A DNA stretch of 64,000 bases, taken from the NCBI GenBank assembly GCA_052327205.1, contig JBMRGM010000037.1, forward strand, positions 124,001 to 188,000, read 5' to 3'. Shown here in pieces: positions 37,958 to 51,400 of the stretch (within the stretch, counting starts at the first letter, position 1; the number at the start of each line of letters is the position of its first letter). Below the pieces are notes generated by a model. The model was not told where the DNA came from and searched no databases. It saw nothing but the letters and a program-made list of their open reading frames with translations. Both the position numbers and the translations under genes were made by a program. Origin of the DNA: Somniosus microcephalus. Taxonomy: Eukaryota.

Positions 37958-39299
37958 GTACTTGCTTCTCCGAATCGCTTTGCTCCTCCACAGTTCCAAG
38001 CTTTTCACCATTTCGAAAATAATGTGATCTATCTATCTCAGGTCAGAAGTGGGTGAACTCACTCGGTCATGTGCACTGTTGATTAGAAAGGGAATATTCA
38101 CAGAGAAAATCCAAGCCATATCAGTAATGTATCATTAATCGGCATGGTCTATCAATATCCCTGTCCATTGTACAGCTTACACTAATCCTTCGACATAAAC
38201 ACTCTTGGTGATTATTCATATTTAATTTAATACAGAGACAACCACAGTCCCTTTACTGTTCCAGTGTTAGTAGGAGCAGCAATCAGGGTCTGGAACATTG
38301 ATATCTGGTCAGGAGCCTCAGAGTGTCGCTTGTCCTGGTCACACAAACACTCTCACAGCACGCTCTCTCTCCTCATGCTAGTTTGCATATGTTCCTAAAA
38401 GTAGACCTGTGCCCTTTAAACAATCTTATCCGTGCTTCTGATATGAACAATCTATTGCTCTCAGTCTGTGAGCATCATCTAACAAACATTACATCACAGA
38501 ATACTAGAATGATACAGCACAGAATGAGGCCATTCTACCCATCATGCCTGTGCCGGGTCTTTGAAAGAGCTGTCTAATTAATCCCAATTCAATGCTCTTT
38601 CCCCATAGACCTGTAAATCAAATCCCGTCAAAATGTATCCAATTTCCTGTTTAAAGTTACTATTGAATTTGCTTCCAGCGCCCTTTCAGTCAGTACATTC
38701 CAGATCACAAGAATTCGCTGTGTAAAAATACAATCCTCAAGTCGCCGCTGATTCTTTTGTCAATCACCTTAAATCTGTGTCCTGTGGTCAATGCCCCTTC
38801 TGCCACTGGAAACAGCATACGCTTACTCACTCTATCAAACCGATTCATGATTTTGAACACCTCAATTAAATATTTTCTTAATCTTCTCTTCTCTAAGGGG
38901 AAAGCCCCCAGCTTCTCCAGTCTCTCCAGTGAACTGCAGTCCGTCATTCCTGGTACCACTTTAATAAATCTCCGCCCCAACCTCTGCAAGGCTTTGACAA
39001 CCTGCCTATGAGTGGGTGCACAGAATTGAACAGAATACTCCAGCTGAGGGCTACCATGTGTTTTATAAAGTTTTTAGCAATAACTTCCTTGCTTATGTAC
39101 TCAGTGCATCTATTAATAAATCCCAGGATCCTGTATGCTTTTTTGTTAGCCTTCTCAACTTGTCCTTCCAAGATTTGTGTACATACAGCCCCAGGTCTCT
39201 CTGTTCCTGTAGCCCCTGTAAAATTGTACCATTTAGTTCATATTGCCTCTCCTCATACCTCCTACAAAATGTATCAAATGACAACAAACTCCCAGTTAT

Positions 39300-40905
39300 T
39301 ACAGGCTGACATTGTCTTTTGGACACAACAACAGCACACCCAGACCAGAGGACCGGCAAAGTCATCCTCACGAATATCAGGGGCCTTGTACCAAAATTGG
39401 GAGAGCTGTCCCACAGACTACTCAAGCAATAGCGCGGCATAGTCATTCTTAGAGAATCATAACTTTCACCCAATGTCCCAGACTCCTCCATCACCATCCC
39501 TGGGTCTGTCCTATCCCACCAGCAGGACAGACCCACCTGAGGTAGAGGCACAATAGTATACAGTCGGGAGTGAGTGGCCCTGGGAGCCCAAACATTGACT
39601 TCGGACCCCATGAAGTTCCATGTCTTCAGGTCAAGCATGGGCAAGGAAAGCCCCTGCTGATTACCACCTACCACCCTCCCTCAGCTGATGAATTAATGAT
39701 CCTACATGTTGAACATCTCTTGGAAAAATCACTGAGAGTAACAAGGGCACAGAAGGTAATCTGGGTGGGGGACTTCAATGTCCTTCACCAAGAATGGCTC
39801 ATTAGCACCACTACTGACCGAGCTGGCCGAGTCCTGAAGGATATAGTGGCCTGACTGGGACTGCAGAGATTGTGAGAGAACCATCACGAGGGAAACACCT
39901 ACTTGACCCCATCCTCACTAATTTCCCTGTCGCAAATGCATCTGTCCATTACAGTATTGGTAGCTGTGACCACGGTACAGTCTTTGGCAGGATAGGCGCA
40001 ACAACATCAGTGTTCTTGCTCAGGCCAACATCCCCAGCATCGAAGCTCTGACCACACTCAATCAGCTCCAATGGACAGGTCACATTGTCCGCATGCCTGA
40101 TACGAGACTGCCAAAACAAGCCCTCAATCGGAGATCCGGCACGGAAAGAGAGCCCCAAGGACACCCTCAAAGCCTCCTTGAAAAAGTGTAACATCCCCAC
40201 CGACACCTGGGAATCCCTGGCCCAAGACCACACAAAGTGGAAGAGAAGCATCCGGGAAGGCATCGAACACCTCGCGCCTCTTCGCCGGGAGCAAGCGGAA
40301 GCCAAGCGCAGGCAGCGCAAGGAGCGCACATCAACCCAAGCACTCCACCTACACGCCCCTTCAACCACCGTCTGCAGTGCTCCCACCATGCTAAATGAGA
40401 TAGATTCAGAATATGACCAGCAGCTCAAAACTGGGCATCCATGAGTCGCTGTGGGCCATCAGCAGCAGCAAAATATTATTCCACCACAAACTGTAACCTC
40501 ATGGCCCGGCATATCGCTCAGTCTACCATTACCATCAAGCCAGGGGAACAACCCTGGTTCAATAGGAAGTGCAGAAGCGCATGACAGGAGCAGCACCAGG
40601 CATACCTAAACATGAGGTGCCAACCTGGGGAAGCTGCATCATGCATGCTAAACAGCGGATATACCATGTTGTAGAACGAGCTAAGTGATCCCACAATCAA
40701 TGGATCAGATCTATGCTCGGCAGTCCTGCCACATCCAGTCATGAATGGTGGTGGACCAATTAACAACTAATGGGAGGAGGAGGCTCCATGAGTATCCCCT
40801 CCTCAATGAATGCATAGGACATGGCTGAAGCATTTGCAACCATATTCAGTCAGACATGCCGAGTGGATGATCCAAACCGGCCGCCTCCAGAGGTTCCCAC
40901 AACCA
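39300..40905 (+). mobile_element. Family-B LINE endonuclease half (paralog at 61380-62645)
   Basis: NIRGL..KLGEL, ITIPG.VL...QDRP, LLITTY.PPSAD, IWVGDFNV.HQ.WL and SDH-like APE motifs. Confidence 0.8.
39985..40375 (+). mobile_element. RTE-clade LINE 3' fragment nested in the family-B LINE
   Basis: QLQWTGHIVRMPDTRLPKQ...KDTLKASLKKCNIPTDTWESLAQD..KW, a typical RTE C-terminus. Absent from the paralogous position near 62070-62140. Confidence 0.75.
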
Positions 40906-42419
40906 AGTGATTAAAATAAATATAATCGCAGTCCCTTTACTGTAACAGCATTAGTGGATGAGCAGCCGTCAGTGTCTGGGACATTGCAATATGGATAGGG
41001 GCCTCACAGTCTCGCGTGTCCTGGTTCCTCCTACAATGTCCCAGCTCGTTCTCTCTCCTCACTCTAGTTTGCATATGTTAATTAATGATCTCCTGTGCTC
41101 TTTAAAATATTTTAGCCGTGCTTCTGACATGAACAATGTATTGTTCTCAGTCTGTCAGCTTCATTTGACAAACATTACATCATAGGATGATACAGCACAG
41201 AAGGAAGCCATTCGGCCCATCGTGCCTGTCCCGGATCTTTGAAAGTTGTCCAATTAATCCCATTCCACTGCTCTTTCCCCATAGCCTGTAAATCATATCC
41301 CTTCAAAAATTCCCTTTTATAAGTTATTATTGATCCTGCTTCCACCGCCCTTTCAGTTAGCACATTGCAGATCACAACAACACACTGTGTAAGTAAACCT
41401 TTGCTCACGTCGCCTCTGGTTCTTTTTCCAATCACCTTAAACCTGTGTCCTCCGGTTACTGACCCTTCAGCCACTGGACACAGTTTCACCTCTTTCACTC
41501 TATCAAAACCAGTCATGATTTTGAACACGTCTATCAAATCTCCCGTAATCTTCTCTGCTGGTAGCAGACAAATCCCAGCTTCTCCAGTCTCTCCACATAA
41601 CTGAAGTCCCTCACCCATGGCATCATTCTGCTTCTGCCCGATTCCATTACCCAAACATGTCCGCTTTGCATCACCTCAACACTGACACATTACCGACACG
41701 GGAGGGATTCAAACTGTGAATTTTCTCTCGCTAACTCTCAGTGCCCATTAAAGTACCAGCCTTGGTGATGATTGACTTTCAATTTACTGTCCCAGTAGTA
41801 GTGGGTGAAAAGGGGTCAGTGTCTGACACATTGACATGCGGTCAGGGGCCTCAAATTTTGCTATGTCCTGGTTACACAAACAATCTCCCAGTAAGACACT
41901 ATCTGGAGTATTTGTGTTCAGTTCCGGCTCCGCACCTCAGGAAGGATATATTGGCCTTGGAGGGGGTGCAGCGCCGATTCACCAGAATGATACCGGGGAT
42001 AAAGTGGTTAAATTATGTGGATTGTTTGCACAGACTAGGCTTGTATTCACTGGAGCATAGAAGCTTAAGGAGTGATCTAATTGTAGTGTTTAAGATGAAT
42101 AAAGGAGTTAATTGGGTAGATTGAGATAAACTATTCCCTCTGGTGCAGTGAGTCCAGAACAATGAGCATAATTTTAAAATTAGAGCATGGCTGTTCAGTG
42201 GTGATGTCAGGAAGCACTTCCTCACACCAAGGGTAGTGGAAATCTGGAACACACTCTCCCCCAAAACGCTGTTAAGCCTGGGGGACAATTATAATTTTTA
42301 AACTGTGATTGATAGATTTTTATCGGGTAGGGGTATTAAGGAGGTACCAAGGTTGGTAGATTGATCTGATTGAATGCTGGAGCAGTCTCCAGGGGCTGAT
42401 TTGCCAAAGAATTGCAGAA

Positions 42420-43960
42420 TCCACTGGATAGGGCAAAGTCTGTGGGCCTCAACCACATCCCGGCTGTCATGCTGCAGGCTTGTGCTCCAGAACTAGCCGC
42501 GCCCCTAGCCAATCTTTTCCATTACATGTATAACACTGGCATCTATCCGACAGTATGGAAAACTGCACAGGTATGTCCTGTCGACAAAAAGCAGGACAAA
42601 TCCAATCCGGCCAATTACTGCCCCATCAGTCTACTCTCAATCATCAGCAAATTGATAGAAGGTATCATTGACAGTGCTACGAAGAAGAACTTACTCACCA
42701 ATAACCAACCCACTGATGCCCAGTTTGGGTTCCGCCAAGAACACATGCTTCCTGACCTCATTACAGCCTTCATCCAAACATGGACAAAAGGGCTATATTC
42801 CTGAGGTGAGGTGAGAGTGACTGCCCTTGTCAGCAAGGCAGCATTTGACCGAGTGTGGCCTCCAGGAGACCTAGCAAACTTGAAGTCAATGGGAATCGGT
42901 GGGAAAATTCGGAACTGGCTGGAGTCATACCTAGAACAAAGGAAGATGGTTTTGGTGATTTGAGGTCAATCAGCGCAGCCCCAGTTCATCACTGCAGGAG
43001 TTCCTCAGTGCAGTGTCCTAGGCCCAACCAGCTTATGCTGCTTTATCAATGACCTTCCATCCAACATAAGGTCAGAAATGGGGACTTTCACTGTTGACTG
43101 AACAGCGTGCAGTGCCATTCGCAAATCATCAGATAATGAAACAGCTCCTGCCCGCATGCAGCAAGACCTGGACGACATTCATGCTTGGGCTACTAAGTTG
43201 CAGGTAACATTACAGCCACACAAGTGCCAGGCAATGACTATCTCCAACAAACGAGCATCTAACTACTGCCCCTTGACATTCAATGGCATTACCATCGCCG
43301 AATCCCCCACCATCAATATCCTGGGGTTCACAATTGACCAGAAACGTAACTCGACCAGTCACACAAATAATGTGGTAACAAGAGCAGGTCAGAGGCTGGG
43401 TATTCTGCGGCGAGTGTCTCACCTCCTGACACCCTCAAAGCCTTTCCACCATCTACAAGGCACAAGTCGGGAATGTGATGGAATTCTCTCCACTTGCCTG
43501 GATGAGTGCAGTTCCAACATTCAAGAAGCTCGACATCACATAAGACAAAGCAAACCACTTTATTGGCATCCCAATCAACCACCGGCATACTGTGGCTGCA
43601 GTGTGTACCATCTACAAGGCGCACTGCGGCTACTCGCTAAGGCTTCTTTGGCAGCACCTCCCAAACCCGCGACCTCTGCCACCTAGAAAGACAAGGGCAG
43701 CTGGCACATAGGACACTGCCACCTCCAAGTTCCCCTTCAAGTCGCACACCATTCTGACTTGGAAATGTATCGAAGTTCCTTCATCGTCGCTGGGTCAATA
43801 TCCTGGAACTCCCTCCCTTACAGCAATGAGGTAGCACCTTCACCACAAGGACTGCAGCGCTTCAAGAAGGCGGCTCACCACTTCCTTCTCAAGGCAACTG
43901 GGGAGCTGCAATAAATGCTGGACTTGCCAGCGACGCCCACATCACATGAACGAATAATAA
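42420..43960 (+). mobile_element. Family-B LINE RT half and 3' end
   Basis: ACAPELAAPLANLF...WKTAQVCPV.KKQDKSNPANYCPISLLSIISK; LTFNGITIAESPTINILG.TIDQK. Confidence 0.85.
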
Positions 43961-45405
43961 AAACCTCTGATGTGTAGAGAAGTCAAAGATTGATGCACTT
44001 CCATTTGCCTCCCTGGATCATTCTACATCTGCCCGATTCATTCCAGAAAATGCCCTCTCAGCAGCATCACAATACGAAGTCATTGCACAGTTCCCATTAA
44101 AGTTCCAGCCTTGGTGATGCTTGACTTTCAACTGAAATACAGAGACGATCGCAGTCCCTTTCCTGTCGCAGTGTTAGTGGGTGAGCAGCAGTCAGTGTCT
44201 GGGATACTGACATCCGGTCAGGGGCCTCGCAGTGTCCCATTTACTGGTTACACAAACACTCTGCCAGTACGACATAATCTAGAGTACTGTGATCAATTCT
44301 GGGAAACGCACATCAGGAAACATATATTGGCCTTGGAGGGAGTGCAGCGCAGATTCACCAGATTGTTACCGGGGCTAAACAGGTTAACTTATGAGGAGAG
44401 GTTGCATAGACTAGGCTTGTATTCCCTTGATTATAGAAGATGAAGGAGTGAACTAATTGTAGTGTTTACGATGTTTAAGGAGTTGATAGGTTTGATATAG
44501 ATAAAGTATTTCCTCAGGTAGGGGGAGTCCAGAACAAGGGGCATAATCTTAAAATTAGAGCTAGGCCGTTCAGTGGTGATGTCAGGAAACACTTCATCAC
44601 ACAAAGGGTAGCAGAAATCTGGAAAACTCTCTCCCCCATAAAGCTGTTGAGGATGGGGGTATGTTAAAAGTTTGATAATTGAGGTTGAAAGATTTGAGAT
44701 GGGTAGCGGGTTTTAAAGTTACGTAACCAAGGGGGGCAGATGGAGTTAAGGTACAGATGAACCATGATCTAATTGAATGCTGGAGCAGGCTCGAGGTGTT
44801 GATTTGCCTCCTGCAGTTCCTACGTTTCTATGTTTTTATCACCCTAAAAATTCTCTCTGTCTCTCCTCAGTCTAGTTTGCATTTGCTGTGAAATGAGCAG
44901 CTGTGAGCTTCAGCAGATCTTATCAGTGCTGGTGATCTGGACAGTTCTTTGGCCTCAGTCTCTGAGTAGCTTCTGACAAACAAGAAGCTCCGACCTTTGG
45001 AAACCTGACATTTCCGTGTCTGACGCACATAGCGTACAACATTCAAATCTGTTAACCACACAGGAAGCAAAGATGATGCAGGCGCAAAAGTGACATTGGG
45101 TCCAGTGTGGCAGCGAGTAACTTTCTTGTATGCTCGAATTAACCCACGTGTAATGATCAGTAACATGTCATTCTAGAATGGTACACTAGGTGGAGCTGTA
45201 TGTTGCTGTATGTTTAGCTGTATGTATATAATAAGAGTAGGCTACCCACAAGGCAGTAGTCAAGATGGATACTGAACCAAGTCCACATGGCATGAATAAA
45301 GTGACTAGCTAGAAGCTAGCTGTTCATAATGAAAACGACTAGTTATTAATGAACATAACATGGTACCAGGATTGGTAAAATCTGCTGAATATTGTGAAAC
45401 GCGAC

Positions 45406-48400
45406 ATGGAGACTTTGAAGCCACCGGAGGGTTTGAAACTCATGGGGAATGTCGACTGCAATTGGCGGACTTTCAAACAAAAATGTAAACTTTACATTGC
45501 TGCCATCGGGATCGGTACGAAGCCAGATGCAAGGAAAATAGCATTGCTGCTCATGGGTGCAGGCCCGCAGGTGATAGAGGTATTTAATACATTTGTATTT
45601 GATCCAGAGGAGAACAGAAAAAAATTGGAAGATGTGCTAAAGAAATTTGATACACATTGTTCTCCCAAAAAGAATGAGACATATGAGAGATACGTGTTCT
45701 GTTCATGGACACAGCAGCAAAATGAGACTTTTGATAGCTTTGTGACCGATCTGAAACTGAAAGCACAGACATTTAATTTCTCTGAGCTGAAATCATCCAT
45801 GATACGTGACCAGATTGTGTTTGGTATTCATGATAAAAAGGTCAGGGAACGTTTGTTGAGAGAAACCGAACTAACATTGGAGAATGCTGTGAAAATATGC
45901 CAAGCCAGTGAGCTAGCTCAGAAGCACGCGAAGACTTTCAGTGAAATTAATAATGATGCGACTGTAATGAGTGACTGTGCTGCCGTTGGTGCTGTGTACT
46001 ACAAGGGGAAGAAACGTGGGCAGAACAGAAATGAAAAGCAATTGGAGGAAGGAATTTTTAATTGTAAACGCTGTGGTTACAAACACCAGTTAAAACAATG
46101 CCCAGCGTTTGGGAAAATGTGCATAAAATGTCATGGAAAGAATCACTTTGCCAAACAATGCTTTTCAAAAGTAAAAACAAAGAAAGGGCAACAAGTCCAA
46201 GTCAATGTGATTGAGGACACTGATTTAAGTGAGACATTTTTTGTACGAATGCTGTCATGTGACAATATCAAAAAGGAAACAGAAAATGTGCAGCCCTCAG
46301 GAATGGACAATGCTGAACATAATGTTAATGCAGTAAAAGAGGACAAATGGATGATCCCACTGCAGGTAAATGGAGCATTAGTTACATTGAAACTAGACAC
46401 TGGGGCAAAAACAAACTTAATCAGTTTGAGTGACATTAAAAATATGAAAGAAAAGCCCAAAATACAGAAAAAGTCAGTACTACTGAAGGACTTTAATCGA
46501 CAGAAAATAGATAACTTAGGTGTATGCAGACTTAAAGTGACAGTCAAAGACAAAGTGCATCATCTCATGTTTTCTGTTTTGGCTGAAGGACTTGATTCAC
46601 TACTAAGTGACAAAGCTTGTGAGGACTTAGAACTGGTCAAGAGAGTCTACCGTATAAACTGTGCCATAAGCAGACCACATGAGTCGGTGGATTCTGTAGT
46701 GAGTAATTTCCAGGATGTGTTCAAAGGATTTGGAGTTCTACCATTTATTTACAAGATACAGCTAAAGGAGGATGCTCAGCCAGTGGTACATGCTCCACGG
46801 AGAGTTCCAGCACCCCTGCGTGACCGGCTCAAGAAAGAACTGGACAGAATGACCACACTAGGAGTCATCAGGAAAGTCGAAGAGCCAACAGACTGGGTTA
46901 ACTCCATGGTATGTATAAAGAAAAAGAACAATCATCTAAGAGTATGCATAGATCCAAAGGACTTAAATGCAAACATAAAATGTGAACACTACCAGATTCC
47001 CAAGCAAGAAGAAATTACCAGTGAAATGTCAGGTGCCAGATATTTCACAAAGCTCGATGCCTCAGAAGGATTTTGGCAACTAAAACTGGATGAAGAAAGC
47101 ACCAAATACTGTACCTTCAACACACCATTTCGCAGGTGTTGTTTCCTCAGAATGTCTTTCGGGATAATATCTGCATCTGAAATCTTTCATAGAGCGATGG
47201 AACACATAATTGAAGGTCTGGAAGGAGTTCGGGTCTATGTTGATGACATCATCATCTGGGGCTCCACACTGAAAGAACACAATGAGAGACTGACTAAAGT
47301 GCTACAGAGCATACGTCAGAATGGACTGAAGCTCAGCAAAGCCAAATGTCAGTTTGGCATCCAGGAAGTCACTATCCCAGGAGATAATCTATCTGGTAAA
47401 GGAATAGAGCCGGATATGGAATAAGTAAACGCCATACACAGCATGCCCCGGCCCACTGACAAAAAAGGAGTGCTACGCATCATGGGGATGATAAACTTCA
47501 TTGGAAAGTTCATTCCTAACTTGTCAGCCAAGACAGCCTGTCTGCGAGACCTGCTACTTAAAACAAATGAGTTTGCTTGGACAGAAAGACATGAACAAGA
47601 GTGGATGAACCTTAAAACAGTGCTGACAACCACACCTGTACGCACCTTCTTTGACCCAACAAAGAGAATCAAAGTGTCAACGGATGCATCAAATGATGGC
47701 CTAGGCGCGGTCTTGCTACAAGCAGAGGGTGAAGATTGGAAGCCTGTTGCCTATGCCTCCAGGTCTATGAATGATTCTGAGTGTCGATACGCCCAGATTA
47801 AAAAGGAATGCCTAGGCTTGGTAGTTGGACTAGAAAAGTTTCATGGCTACATAAATGGACTTCCCACCTTCACTGTTGAGACAGACTGTAGTGTATGTAC
47901 CTTTAAGAGCCCCTGTGTATTGTAATACCGGTAGTGACCACTCAGGTATATAAGCCTGTATAGCGCCTTGTATCTCTTAGTTCACCTCCAGACTTTGTAC
48001 AGTAAACACCTGTTAAACCAACTCCTGCATTCCGTGTCTCCATTAACGCACAGATACAACAGTGGCAACGAATTGGAAACGGACTTACCTGCAATTCGGC
48101 AGCACCTCAAGGAAGCTGTGAGTTCACCAGCTAGCCGGGCTGGTGGCAGGTACTGCAGTAACCCTTCCTGTGCGGTAGGCTGGGGCTCGATCGGGTGGCT
48201 CTGCAGTGGGGCCGAGCAGCGAGTTGGAAGGCAGAGGCAAACAGAGAAGGAGGGTGGAGCACTCGGGAGATGGCCGGCGCTGCAAAGCAGGTTGGCGTTT
48301 GGACCAAGCAGAGGGAGGGAAGAGTCCCAGAGAGTCCGGCGGGAACGAGTTTCCAGCTATTAAAAATATCTGTGTAAATAAAAACCACGGAGAACAGCGT

Positions 48401-51400
48401 TGTCAGCAGCGGCAGCGGCGGGAAAGCGCGGGATGCGCCATTTTTTTCTCGGCAGGGAAGAAAGGAAAGCGCGGGAGGCACCATTTTTGATTTTCAGAAT
48501 GCCTAAGACTGGCAATATTACTGCTTTCGATAGGGATATAGAGGATTGGACCATATATGTGGAAAGAGTCGAGGTATATTGCACAGCGAATGAAGTAGAG
48601 GATGATAAAAGGCATTGGTACTTCTAAATCTGATGGGCGCAAGGACATACGGGCTGTTTCAAAACTTAATCACTCCAGCCAAACCGATGGACAAGAATTT
48701 TAAGGAGATTGTTGATAGCCTACAGGAGCACTTAAACCCAACACCGCTGCTGATAGCGGAACGATTCAGATTCTTAAGGAGGATTTAGCACAAGAATGTA
48801 AATAATGCTGATTACCTCACCGAATTGAGAAAGCTGTCAAAGCACTGCCAATTTGGGCAGGACTGGCAGATTCTCTACGAGACAAATTCGTCTGCGGTCT
48901 CCTAAGTGAAGGAACAGAGAAAAGGCTACTTTCTGAGAAAGATTTTACACTGGACAAGGCTTTCAGTGTGGCTGTATCATACGAAGCAGCAGCAAGAGGA
49001 GCTGCAGAGATACAGCAAAAGCCACAGGACTTCGGCACCCATGAAATGACACGGGGTTTCGAGAGATGTTATCGCAGCGGCAGGTCCACCCATGACCAGA
49101 GGGACTGCTGGTTCAAGGACAAAGCATGCAGTCAATGAGGAACGATGGGACACATTGCACGTGTATGCCGATCTGGAAACAAAAAATTCACTGACAGAAA
49201 AAAAATCAATAAGGAAAAGTACAGAAAGGTACATATGATGACGGACAGTAGCTCCGAAGACCAGAAGAGTGATAGCGACTCCGGAAACAAGAGACTAAGC
49301 TGTCTCAAATTACATAATGTAATTGCCAAAGAAGATTACCAGACCATTTGGGTTACCCTCACGATAGCGGGGTCACCAGTTAAAATGGAGCTAGATACAG
49401 GATCAGCTCTGACCATCATAAGTCGACGGGATTACGAGCGGCTATTTCCGCATATACCTTTGAAAGACACATCCATTATCTTGAAGACATATACGGGGCA
49501 GAAAGTATACCCCAGAGGGAAAAAAAGGGTGCCTGTTGTATACAACGGCAAGGAAATACAGAAATTGTATTTATACGTTCTGCAAGATGGTGGTCCACCG
49601 CTGTTGGGACGTGAATGGATCAGGAACATACATTTAGACTGGCACTCCATTCAGGCACTGACGGTGACCAGTAAGAAAAAAAATGATGATGACATCATAC
49701 CTGAACGATTAAAAGACATCTTGGCCAACGCCAAAGAAATCTTTCAACAGGAACTAGGAACCTTGAAAGGCGTCACCGCCTCAATAAAAGTAGAAGATGC
49801 GGCAATTCCCAAGTTTTTTAAGGCAAGGCCGGTGCCATACGCAATTCCTCCAGCAGTCGAGGCAGAGCTGGAGAATTTGGAAAAGGCAGGCGTGTTATCC
49901 AAGGTAGATTGGAGCGAGTGGGCAACACCCATCGTCTCGGTCATGAAGAAAACGTTGAATAATGATAAATCTGAAGAACAGAGAAAAATTCGCTTCTGTG
50001 GGGACTTCAAGGTGACTGTAAACCCGATCCTTCACATGGTACAGTATCCTCTTCCGAGGATAGAAGATATTTTCGCCTCACTATCCGGAGGGAAACGTTT
50101 CACCAAAATTGACTTGGCACAGGCATATCTACAGATGGAGGTTGAGGAGGCCTCTAAAAAGTATCTCACGATAAACACACACAAAGGCCTGTACCAGTAC
50201 AATCGACTGATTTTCGGAGTAGCATCAGCTCCAGCTATCTGGCAAAGAGCTATGGAGCAAGTCCTGCAAGGCATTCTGGGGACTCAATGCTACCTAGATG
50301 ACATCCTTGTAACAGGAGAAAACGACAACGAGCACCTTGCCAATTTGGAGCAGGTGCTCACTAGGCTGAGAGAACGGGGCCTAAGAGCCAATCGCCCCAA
50401 GTGCGAATTTTTCCAGAATCAAATATCATATTGTGGCCATATAATTAACGAAGAAGGGTTGCATAAGTCACCTGAAAAAATTGAAGCGGTCATAAAAGCC
50501 CCAGCACCTGAAAATGTCTCACAATTAAGGTGATTCCTGGGATTGATAAATTACTATCATAAATTTTTACCGAACTTATCAACTGTTCTGCACCCTCTTA
50601 ATGCACTGCTACAAACGGGAGTCATTTGGAAATGGAGCAAAGACTGTAAACGTGCCTTCCATAAATGCAAAGGCTGGATAACGTCCATGGAAGTGTTGGC
50701 TCATTACATCCCATCACTGCCAATCAGACTGGCGTGCGATGCATCCCCTTACAGCGTAGGAGCGGTATTATCGCATAGATTCCCTGATGGCTCGGAGCGG
50801 CCGATAGCTTTTGCGTCACGCTCATTGAACTCAGCTGAGCGTAACTATGCCCAGATCGACAGGGAAGCACTCAGCCTGGTGTGGGGAGTGAAGAAATTCA
50901 ACCATTACCTACACGGAGAAAAATTTACATTGTTGACTGACCATCAACCCCTCATCTCCATATTCAACCCTAAAAAGGGCGTTCCCATGATGACAGCGCA
51001 AAGGCTACAGAGGTGGTCCCTTTTCCTAGGGGCACACCAATATGACATAAAAGGATCAAAACAGCATGGGAATGCTGACGGTTTATCGCACCTACCGTTG
51101 CCAATGGTAGAAGAGGAACCTACAGTAGACCCAGTGGAGATGATCCACTCAACCATAGTGGAATGTCTACCAGTAACAAATTCTACCATTGAAAAGGAAA
51201 CGAGAAATGACCCAACTCTCTCACGAGTCTATGATTTAATGGTGAAGGGATGGTCAGCACATGGCGAACCACTGTTGCCAGCATTCTTGCAAAGAGGAGA
51301 ACAGCTGTCAGTGTGCCGAGGAACATTGATGTGTGGATCCAGAGTGGTGATTCCACACAAACTCTAGGATAAAGTGCTAAAGGAGCTTCACGAGGGGCAT

